From Cyanophora paradoxa CCMP329 (taxonomy: Eukaryota; Plantae; Glaucophyta), in NCBI GenBank assembly GCA_004431415.1, contig QPMI01000460.1, forward strand, positions 1-64,000: a stretch of 64,000 nt of DNA, read 5' to 3'. The position numbers and the translations under genes are program-made. The notes below the pieces were generated by a model. The model saw only the letters and a program-made list of their open reading frames with translations. It had not been told where the DNA came from and did not search any database. Positions 12,138 through 22,312 of this stretch are shown here, piece after piece; the first letter of the stretch is position 1; every line of letters begins with the position of its first letter.

Positions 12138-12493
12138 CACAGCTCTTTGTTTTACCGGTCGACCCGGTGACCCAAGGTCACCCAACACCAACGTTAACAC
12201 GCGTACGGCAGAAATCCGGTTAACCGGGTACCTGAAACTGAAAACGCTCTTCGGCTATTAGGTTGGCTGCAGCTGGGACCGGGCTAGCACTAATCTACCC
12301 GCTAGCTTGCCGGCTACACGCACGCTGACGTATACATGTATATATACGTACTAGTATACGTAGGCGCACGCGCAGTGCATGCATGCGCACTAATTATAAG
12401 TACCAGGTAGTACTAGCTATAGCCGGCTCGTATCCGGCTACCCTTGCCCATAGAACGGGCATGTCGAGTCGATTAGAAAAACAACGAGCTGTG
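12138..12493. mobile_element. CACAG-terminated MITE, copy B (inverted relative to copy A, about 100 bp longer)
   Basis: Shares internal blocks with the reverse complement of copy A (ctacccgctagcttgccggctac; ccggctacccttgcccat; gggcatgtcgagtcgattag). Confidence 0.75.
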
Positions 12494-12641
12494 GTACGGA
12501 GACAGTGGGTCCCACTGGGTCGACCGTCGGACGTCCCGCTGGGATTCGAACGCGGATCGAAATCGGACACGCGTCACCGAAATATCGATCGCATACCCCG
12601 CTGGGCCAGGCTCCCAACTCGGACTCAAATCATCGAGTCCG

Positions 12642-15600
12642 ATGGCCCCGAGGATCGTGGTGTGCGGCGCGACGGGAGCGCAGGGCGGCGCCTGCATCCG
12701 CGCCCTGCAGCAGACGGGACGCTTCCAGGTCGCAGCCCTCGGTTTGTGCAGCGACCTCCGAACATATCGTTCCGCTTGGCGACGGCCCTTAAGCTTGGTG
12801 CAGTTCGCGATCCGTCCTCCGCCAAGTCTCGTGCTCTCGAGGGCAATGGTGCGACGCGACGCGCCGGCCGCGCAGATTCCGCCGCGCCGCCGCGCCGCGG
12901 CCTGACAACGCCCCGCAGGCGTGCAGCTCATCAAGGGCGACATGGAAGACCTGGAAGGCTTGAAGCGTGCATTCACTGGAGCGTACGGCGTCTTCGTGCG
13001 CCCCCCGCCGCCCGCGCGCTGCCGCACGCGTCCCCGCCGACCCCTCTCCCTGCGCAGTCCGTGCAGCAGCCGTGGGCGAGCGACTACAAGTCCGTGGACT
13101 GTGAGGGCGAGATCCGACAGGGCAAGAACGTCGCCGCGGCGAGCCGAGCCCCCGAGCCTAGCTTCGCCCCGTGGCCCATGCCCGCCTCGAGCCCGCCCCT
13201 CGCGCGCGCAGGCGGCCAAGGAGACGGGCGTGAAGCACGTCGTGTACACCTCGGCCATCGGGGCCGGCCGCGAGGCGACGGGCGTTCCCCATGTCGACTC
13301 CAAGACCGCCGTCGAGGCGCCTGCCCCCTCACCGCCGCGGCCGGCCCGGCCGCCCGCCGTCTGACCCGCCTCGCCGCGCAGAAAGCGCTCGTCGCGCTCG
13401 GGGTACGCTGCGCCGCGTCGCCACCCTAAGCCTCCGTCCCGCGGCCGGCCGAACCGGCGCGCCAGGTCCCCCACACCATCCTTCGTCCAGCAACATTCTT
13501 CGTTCGCCCCCTACCCCCCCTCTTCTTTCCCCCCGACACCACACCAATCTTCCGAGCAGGATAACTGGTCGGGCCTGGTAGGCGACATGGCGCTGAAGCC
13601 GTGCGTCCGTACCCTTCCCAGACCCGCGTCCGCACCCCTGTACCCCCGACCGGATCGAACTCCGTACCCAGGGGCAAACTCCCGGGAATCTGCACGACGG
13701 AGGCGCCGGTGTACTACATTTCGGCGGCCGACATCGGCAAGTTCGCCGCCGCTGCCTTCGAGAACCCCAACCAGTACCTCGGTGCGCCCTGTACCCCGGC
13801 AATCGCCCGTACCCTGCCCCCTCCCCCCCCTCGGTTCCTAGTTGGCAGCATTTGCAGAGACAGCCTGTCCGTAGTGCCGCGTTTCACCCCCACGTGCCCC
13901 CTACCCCCTCCCGTACCCCCGCACACCTTGCGGCTCGCTCAGATTCAGAGCAGCCCCCATCCCCTAGGGCAACTTAGGGGGCCTTTCCGCGTCGCGTACC
14001 CTCTCGTCGCGCATCGTACCCACGATCCCCCCCCCCCCCCCCCCTCCCCAAATTCGCAGGGCAGGCGATTGACATTGCCGGAGACTGCAAGAGCGGAGAA
14101 GAGCTCGCCAAGGTGCCGGCGTGTACCCCGGGCCCGGGGGTCGGGGGGGGTGGCCCCTCCGTGGGCCGAGCTGAGCGGACCCGAGCTGGTCTGATCTTAT
14201 CTGAGCCGACCTGAGCCGGTGCCGCCCCGCGCGCAGTCGCTGGAGCGGGTGTTCGGGTACCCCTTCTCGTACAGCGCCCCGCCCCTCTTCCTCATGAAGT
14301 TCTTCGTCCCTGAGTTCGGCGTCATGCGCGAGTGGTCCGCACGCCTTCTGGATTCTCCTCGCGAGAGATTCTAAAGAGAGTCCTCGCGAGAGTTTCTAAA
14401 GAGAGAGTCCCTCAAATAAAGCTTCTCTGCTCTTAATGGGGCGGTCCGCACGCCTTCTGGATTCTCCTGCGAGAGTTTCTAAAGAGAGTCCTAAGGAGAG
14501 TTTCGAGGGGAGTCACCTCAAAGAAAGCTTCTCTGCTCTTAAGGGGGCGGCGCCGCCCCCTCCTCGAAGGCCCGGAGGCCCCCTCGATGCCTTACGGGGC
14601 GTGCGGGCGGGCGGCCGGGCGGGGCGGCAGGTTCGAGAAGGGCCTCCCCGTCAAGATCGACCTCGCCAGGATGCGCCAGATGGTCCGCCCCGCCCCGCCC
14701 CGCCCCGCCTCTGGAGCTAGCCTAGGCCTCAACATTTCCGGCCTCAACATTTCTGGCTCGCTTACGTTTAATCAGAGGGCCTCGGGCCCCCCCCCCGCCC
14801 CCGCCCCGCCCCGCCCCGCCCTTAGCGAGCCGGTCCCTGCATCGAGCCGGCCTCTCTATCTAGCCAGCCTGTGATTACTCGGCCGGGCCGAGCTTCGGTC
14901 GCGGCGGATGGCCGCCCGGCGCCGGCGCCGCCCCGGCCCTGGAGCCACCTGCTAGCCGGCTCCTCTACGGCTTGGCCCCGAGCTCCTCTTCGGCTCGGCC
15001 GGCTCCACTAGCTAGCATTTCTGGCTAGCTTGCGATAAATTGGAGGGCATCGAGCCCCCGGGCCGTCCCGCCAGGCCGCCCCGCCCCGCCCCGCCCCGCC
15101 TCGTACCGCCGTGCCCCCGCGCCCCGCCCCGCCATCTTATTATGCCCCCCCCCTCCCCCTCCCCCTCCCCCTCCCCCCCCCCCCCGTCCCCTTCTCCTTG
15201 GGCTGGGCAGCGGCCCTCATCCCTTTCCTCGCCCACCCCGACTCGCCCCGCCCGCCGCTGAGCCGTTTCCTCCCGGCGTCCCTGCACGATCCGCTCCTTT
15301 CCAGGGCCCACCCGCCCCTAGCTGCGAAACTCTAATTTCCGGCCGCGCCCACGCCGGCCCTAATGCTTCGTTTGCAGGTGCCGAGCCTCGAGGACGCGGA
15401 CGCCTTTTGGCGTACCCTGCCCCAGCAGGTCCGCGCCTACTCCCCGCCCCGCCCCCCGAGGAGAGGGGGCCGCCGGCCGGTCCTATGATCAAATACGAGA
15501 GGACCCGCCCGGCCCGCTCGACCGATTCGCCCCGCCCCCCCCCCCCCCCCCCGCCCGCTCTCTTCCCCCCCCCCTCTCTTGATCTCTGACGGAGGGTCGT

Positions 15601-15667
15601 GGTCCGGGTACAGGTGAAGGAGAACCTGAAGGCCCCGCCCCCGGCCTGCGGCTGCGCCCTCATGTGA
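12642..15667 (+). CDS. NmrA-like (atypical SDR) NAD(P)-binding protein, multi-exon, with C-terminal CaaX box
   Basis: MAPRIVVCGATGAQGG Rossmann motif, GVQLIKGDMED, AFTGAYGVF, AAKETGVKHVVYTS, VPHVDSK, HTILRPATFF, ISAADIGKFAA. Last exons read DAFWRTLPQQ|VKENLKAPPPACGCALM*. Confidence 0.88.
14334..14550 (+). repeat. Intronic ~109-bp direct duplication including a copy of the splice donor
   Basis: ggtccgcacgccttctggattctcct...aaagcttctctgctcttaa occurs twice, at 14334 and 14443. Confidence 0.75.
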
Positions 15668-17178
15668 GGGCCCTTGGGCACCTGTGCATTTGTCGTACAG
15701 TAAATTATTGGCTACCATGGCTATTTTACCCAAACGTTAGTTTACCCCCTTCGACCCCCGCCTTGCACTGCAATGGCTGCGGCGAAATCCGGGATTGACA
15801 AGTCGACGTCACCCATCAGCTTTAGATCTGTTCAGCATGATCAGCGGGAAGGGTGGTTTGGCTTCGTTCATCCGCCCATGCTCGGCCACGGCCCATGATC
15901 AGGGCCGGAGGGAAGGGCGGGGCCCGGCCCAGGCATCAAAATCGCATGCGCAGGCTGCAGCTAGCGGAGCTAGCGGGGATCGTCGGACCTCCATGTCTAT
16001 CTATAGCTAGCTAGCGGGCCGAGCGCCGCGGGCCGCGGCCGCGGCCGGGTGCTGTATCTGGGGGTGGACCATGGCTCATGCATGTGCGCGGGTGCTGGGG
16101 GGGGGGCGCGGGTGCCACATGACCAGGGCGTGCATTCTGTCCTTGTACCCCCGCGTGGTCCTGAAAGGCCAGGGCAACCGCGTTCATGATCAACCGCGTC
16201 CGGAAGAGGAGGGGGGGGGGGGGGAAGGGGGGGGGGGGAAGGGGCGTAGGGACCCAGATTCCGCACCAGGCGTTGTTTTCGTCGAAGTCGCCCGCGATCG
16301 CCACGTGCACGAGAATCGAAAGCGCAGACCCGTCTGCAAGCCTGCGGGCCAGGGGTCGGGAGGCAGCGGTGCGACGGAAGGGTCCGGCCGAGCCGCTGGA
16401 AACAGCGGCGCGTGGTGAGGGGGGCAACCCCCTCCCTGCCTGGCCGGACCTATCCGAGCAAATTTGTTTTTTGCAGCGGTGCGACGGAGGGCGCGCGCGC
16501 CTGCGACACGCGAAAATCTTCACCGTCTCGACTCGAGCACCTGCCGGAGAAAAGGAATCGTAAGTGACGGGACGGGCGCGCTCGTCACTCGGCCCCGTGC
16601 AAAATTCAAGATCGAACGGGCCCGCGGCCGGCCCGGCGGCGGGCCGGGCGCCGCCGCGGCGCGGCCGCCGCGGCGCGGGCCCCAGCCGGCCCGGCGGCGG
16701 CCGGGGCCCGGCCGCGCGGGCCGCCGCCGCCCGCCCGGCGGGCGGCCCGCAGTTGCAGCCTGGCCCAGTGGGCCTGGGCCAGTGGCCCGCAGGCCCGCAG
16801 CCGCAGGCCCGCAGCCGGGCCTGATCTGACATGCATTTGGCCATAAAGTTCTTAATTTATGAGTTAAGCCCTTCTAGATCTGAGCCCAGCGCCGGCCGGG
16901 GCCCAGGGGCCGGGGCCGGCGGCTTTCCCAGCTGCAGGCACGCTCCCGACGCGTACGAGCGAGCGCTAGCCTGGAGCCGCCCAGCCCCCCCAGACGCGAC
17001 GCGGCGGGCCGTCATACGGCGTATACGTATACATATACGTCGCCCCGCGGGCCCCCCGCCCGGCTCGCCCGACCGTCGGACGTCCGATGGTCGACTTTAA
17101 ATACTAATTATATTTCTAATTACGTGTACGGAGGGGGGGGGGGAGGGAGGGGGAGGGGGAGGGGGAGGGAGGGAGGGG

Positions 17179-20100
17179 TTAACGGGGGGCGGAGCCTAGC
17201 TTCGGGCCCACGGGGAGCTCGCGGCGGGGGCCGGGGGGCGCCGGTATGGCCCCCCTCCTCCCCCCCGCCGCCTCCTTCCCCCCGTCCAGGTCCGCCGCCG
17301 GAGGCTCTTGGGAGTCCGAAGGGGAGGGCGGGTCGGGGGCCTCTTTCCCCCCGGGCCTCGCCGGGGGCTTCCGCTGCAGCCCGCGGCCGGGGACGGAGTC
17401 GTCGTCGCTGCGGCGAGAGAGGAAGACCCGCCCGAAGAGGCCGAGGTGGGCGGGTACCCCCGGCGCCCCCGCCCCCGCCGCCCCCGGGCCCGAGCCCGAG
17501 CCCGGCGCCGCCCCCGCCCCGGGCGCCGGGCTGGCCTCCTTAGAGCCCAGGAACTCAGCGTGGCGGGCCGGCGGGAGGCGCTTCGCTCGCAGCGCCTCCA
17601 GCGCCTCCTCCACGCGCCGCCGCCGCGGGTGCTCGGGGGGGTAGAGGTGCCCGAGCCTGCCCCCGTAGGCCGCCGCGCACTTGGCGAAGGATCGCTGCGC
17701 CGCGGCGCGGTCCCCTGCGGATGCATGTAGAGTGGAGCTCAGTGAGAGAGAGCGCGCGGGGGGCCCGGCCCGGGCCCAAGCTGACGCCGTGGGCAAATTT
17801 GATCTCTCGCCTTCTTCGTTCGCACGCACGCACCGGCGAGGAGCTCGAACTCGGCGACGTGGTAGAGGGCGTGGACCTCCGCCGGCGTCCGGCCCCGGTC
17901 CGCCCGCTGCCGGCCGGCCCCCCAAGGAAAGCTTCAGCCTCGGCCTGGGCGGGGCGGGGCGGGGCGGGGCGGGCGCGCCTTCATGCCGACGGCGCCGATC
18001 TTGGACTCGACCACGAGGAACTGGGGGGGGCACTGTCCGCGGCCGCCATCAGCCCCCCCCCCCCCCCCCCCCCAAGGCCGCTAAGCCGGGCGCGCGCGCA
18101 CGAAGGCGAGGGCGAAGCGGCCGAAGGAGGCGACGTCGGCGTCCGGGGCGCAGGGGTCCGACCGCGGCTCCCCCGGGTCCGTCGCCTTCACCACCGCCTC
18201 CGCGCACCGGGTCCTGGCGAGACGGTGACGGAGGGGGGTGGGGGGGGAGGGGGGGAGGGTGGGCGTGGGGGGTATCGTACGCTTGCGCCATGCAGTCCCG
18301 GGCGTGCACTGCGGCCGGCCGGTGTGTGTCAGAAGGGCGGGCGGGCGGGCGGGCCGGCTGATGAGGCTGGCGCCTAGAGCGGCCCGGACCCTAGATGAGC
18401 AGCGCCCAGTGCCCTTCACTGCCTAGGCGCGCGCAGTGCGCACTCAGGCGGGCGGGCGGGCGGGCGGGCGGCCAGTCCCGCGGGCCCCCGCTTGGTGGAT
18501 CGAGGGGCGCGCGAGCGCTAGCGCCCAGCACCTCCGCCCAGCTAACGCTTCCGCCACAGACCGCTCCTATTTAGCTGGGGACCTCGTTCCCTCCCTCCCC
18601 CGGCTCCATCCTACTGCCTTTAGAGAGCTGAGAGGGGCGCGCACGGCGGAAGAAGGAGATGATGCTCAGCTCGAAGGCCGCCCGCGCCTTCAGCTGCCTG
18701 CGGGGATTCGTTCGATTCGGTGGAGGCGAGAGAGATTAGGCGGGTTAGGCGGGTTAGGCGGGTTAGGCGGATTCGGCGCAGGGGGGCGGGCCCCGGCGGG
18801 CGGGAGATTTGATTTGGTTTGATCTGGAGGCCGGCGGGCGGGCGGGCGGGCGCACCAGTAGTCGGGCCCGAGGCGCTCGGCGGTCTCGACGAGGGCGCGG
18901 GCGTGCCGCCTCGCGGCCCCCAGGTCTCCGTTGAACCGCCGCGCGTGCACTGCCCGCACCCGCCTCAGCGCTCGGCCTTCGCTTGGGGGCGCTCAGGGCC
19001 CGCCCCGTCGGAGGCCGGGAGGGGGGGAGGGAGGGGCGGGGCGGGGCGGCGGGCGGCGCGCGCACAGTGCGCACTGCACGTCCGATGGAAGCGGGACTTG
19101 GATAGAAAGGCAGCGCGGGGGGGGGGGGGGGGGGGCGCCTAGAGCGGCCCGGACCCTAGAGGATCGCCCAGTGCCCTCCGCTGCCTAGGCCCGCGCGGTG
19201 CTCGGCCCCTTGCGGGTGGGTGCGGCGGAGGCGCTAGCTAGCTAGGCGAGCTCCCGTTCTGGCTCTAGCCCCCTCGCCTCTGTCCTAGCGCGCGCGCGGC
19301 GCGCACTGCAGGTCGTGTGGAAGCGGTACTTGGAGAGGACGGCCTCCTCCTCGGTCCCGCCCAGCTCGTACCCCGCCTCCGCCACTGCTCGGGCGGGCGA
19401 GGCAGGCTAGGCTCAGCTCGCTTGGGAGAGCTTAGGGCGGGCGGGACGGGCGGGCGGACCGGCGGTGGCGACGCGGATCTGCTGGGTTTCGAAGAGCGAG
19501 TTGGCGAGCATGCCGACCAGGCGCGCCTCCAGCGCGCTCGGCGTCAGCTGCTTCCGCCGCAGCTCGCTCCATACCTCATAGAGAGAGAGGGAGGGGGAAG
19601 CCTCAGGGAGAAGCGGGCGGGCAGGCGGGCAGGAGAGAGAGGGGGGGAGAAGCCCCACCTCGAACATGGCCTCGACGGCGGGCCCCCGGCGCTCGAAGAC
19701 GCGGAGGACGAAGGCGCGGAGGAAGAGGGCGAGGGCGCGCGTCGGGCGGCGGGAGGCGGCGAAGGGGAGCGAGAGGGCCTCCACGTGGTCCGCGAGGCGC
19801 TCGCAGGCCGCGAGGTCCGCCTCGAAGTGGTGCGGGTCCACCCGGTCCGCCCACGTCGTGAAGGCCTGCGTGCGGATCGAACGGGACCGGCCGGCCGCGC
19901 CGCAGACAGGCGGATCGAATCGAATCTAATCTCCGGAGCCGCGCGGCGGGTCGGGCCGGGTCGGACCTCGACGAAGGCGATGGCGTGCTCCGCGATCGTC
20001 TCCACGTCGTCCTCCTCCCTGAGAGGGCGGGCGGCCCGCGTCAGCGAGGCGCCGCCGCCGCCGCCGCCGCCTGCGCCAGCGCCGCCGCTCGGGGCGCCAC

Positions 20101-21257
20101 GCCGCTCACTCACCACTCGGGGGCGCCCGGCACGTCGCCCGCCGGCGGCGGCAGCGGCTGAACGAGGGCCTCCGCGACGCAGCGGACCGCCGCCCAAACC
20201 TGCCACAGCGCACGCGCGGCTGGTCGAGACGCCCGCCGCAGCCCGAGCCGAGCGTGAGGAGGGGAGGGCCGGGGCCGCACCAAGCGACAACCCGTCTGCC
20301 CGGCGCAGACCCGCAGGGCCCCGAGGCAGGTGCGGAGGCGCCATCTGCCAGCGAAGGTGCGGTACAGAGGCGTCGAGCAGAGCCGCGCGTCCGCGAGGGC
20401 CTGCCCCCCTACGCTTGGACCGGACCGAGCGCGGCGGGGGCGGCGGGGGCGGCGGGGGCGCACCCTCGCGAGGCGGGCGGCTGTGTCGGGGACTTCGTGC
20501 GGGGCGGAGCGCCGAAGCGACTCGGCGCTCGCCTCCACCCAGACCTCCAGCCGCTCCGCCTCGCCCGGGTCCACCCGGTACGGCGGCGCCGCCTGCGCCC
20601 GCTCCCTGGCGTGAGCCAGCGAGAGCGCCGCGCCGCGCGGAGCGTCGGGGGCGTCACCTGCTGCGGCACGGCGCCCCGCTGCAGGTCGTAGAGGAATCGG
20701 CTCGCGGGGTCACGCCCCGTGAAGCGGGCGGTCGCGGCCGGCCGCGGCTGCGGGTCGGACGAGGCCGGCGGCTGCGGCGGCCCCGGGGGCGTCGACGAGC
20801 TGCTCGCCCTCTCTGCCGCCGCCGGTGCATCCTCGTAATCGTCCTCGTCGTCCGTTATGCTGACCGCCTGCGGGGCCGGGGCCGCGCGCGGCGGCAGGAT
20901 GATCAGCTGCACTGCGGCATGCGCAGGAGGCGGGGGAGGGGGGCGGTTCTGGTGGCCTTAGGCCGCGGCGCGGCGACGTTCACGTTCGATGTTTTGCGGC
21001 GCTGCGCGGTGCGGTGCGGGGCTTGCGAACGGTGCGCACATTGAAAACCTGCTCAAGCTCTCCGATGACGCCTTGCAGCTGGGGAATCCTCACTGCGGGC
21101 GTGCGGGCAGATCACGGCGCTTAGCGAGTGCTGGCGCCCGGCGAGGGCTCCCCGGCGGGCAGCGCGCGAGCGGACCGACGCTGTTCTCGACGTCATCCTT
21201 TCCCGGAGGCCTAGGATCCTTCTTGAGGCGCACGCTGCGATCAGCATCGCAGGCCAT
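17179..21257 (-). CDS. Unknown multi-exon alpha-helical (possibly TPR-like) protein
   Basis: Coding-like exons such as ALALFLRAFVLRVFERRGPAVEAMFE, GDLGAARRHARALVETAERLGPDYW, HALYHVAEFELLAG and AAAQRSFAKCAAAY are separated by C-rich introns. Start at 21257 is inferred. Confidence 0.5.
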
Positions 21258-21600
21258 GCTCTCGCCGCGAGTCTCGCGACGAGGCCGGCCCGTGAGGGGC
21301 GCCGGCCCGCCCTACGCGTGCAGCTGTCCACTGGGCCACGAGGGGCGCGTTCAGGTTGTTCGGTGCGCGTGTGGTGCCGGTGATGCGACGGCGTCGCCGA
21401 GCTCGAGTGACCCGAGACTTCCGAGTCCCGAGACTCCCGAGACTCCCGACTCGGCGAGTCCCGACTCCCGACTAGTACTCCCGAGTCCCCCGAGTCCCGC
21501 GCGCCGACTAGTACTAGTCGGTGAGAATTGCTCCGATCCGACCCTCCTAGGGGGTACAAATTACCGCCGCCAACTTACCGCAAATTTACCGGTACCGGTA

Positions 21601-21750
21601 ATAATAGATTACGCTGCAAGGCGTGATCAGTTTCTCTCCGCCGGAGCGCGCTGCCGGGGCCGCGCCCTTACCTCCGGGGTACAGCCTGCGCACGGCCGCC
21701 CACAGTACCCCCACTTTCTTTTCGGCTTCGCGTTAGTTGCAGCTTCGCGG
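21601..21750 (+). repeat. Split direct repeat A1 (copy A2 at 30525-30674)
   Basis: 150-bp ataatagattacgctgcaagg...gcagcttcgcgg reads identically at both places. Confidence 0.95.
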
Positions 21751-22312
21751 AGCTGCAGCCATCGCCAGCATCACAGACGTAGCTAGTGGGAGTCGGGTGA
21801 ACGAATGGCGTTCCACTGGCCTGTCGACGGTGCGTGATCGCAAGAGCGTGCGGTTGGGGGCGCGCGGGGCCGCCTTTGGCAATCCAGCTCCCGCGCCTCG
21901 CCTGCGCTCAGCGCCGCGCACTGCTGACTGGCGCAGCTAGTTAGCGCCAGCCAGCTGCAGCCTTTCCGTACAAGCTTTCCATAGGCGCCTAGTTAGGCAA
22001 CCATCCCTTCCCACAAACCTTCTTCATAGCTTCATAGGTAGCTCCCATACCACATTAGAGTCACAGCGCCTGAGAATACTCGGCGCTCGCCGCGTGGCTG
22101 GTGCCCGGCGTAGTAGCGTATACAGGTAGCTCTCCGTAGTGGTCTTGTCTGAATCTCGTAGTACATTATCGTGTGGCACGTAGCATCCCACACTCGCACG
22201 CCTGAGCTCGCTCGGCGCCCCGCCGCGTGGCTGTGCCCGGCGCCGCACTTCCGTAGTAGTAGCTCACGTGGGCTAGAGCAAGACGAGCTGCACGCACATA
22301 CATCCCACGCAT

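Noticed and set aside
16011-16560. Possible small gene or exon relics (LVHVAIAGDFDENNAW)
   Set aside because: Could not build a consistent gene model or recognise a family.
18734-18775. Telomeric repeat (ttaggcggg)n
   Set aside because: Only about four copies of a 9-mer inside an intron; treated as a minisatellite.
19060-19345. Mutually exclusive exon pair (LSKYRFHTTC / LSKSRFHRTC)
   Set aside because: The second copy is partial and lacks a clear acceptor; more likely an intronic duplication.
19317-21044. 575-aa + strand ORF and other long Arg/Gly/Pro-rich ORFs (e.g. 639-1979 -, 44329-47707 +)
   Set aside because: Antisense shadows of real genes in high-GC DNA, with no motifs.
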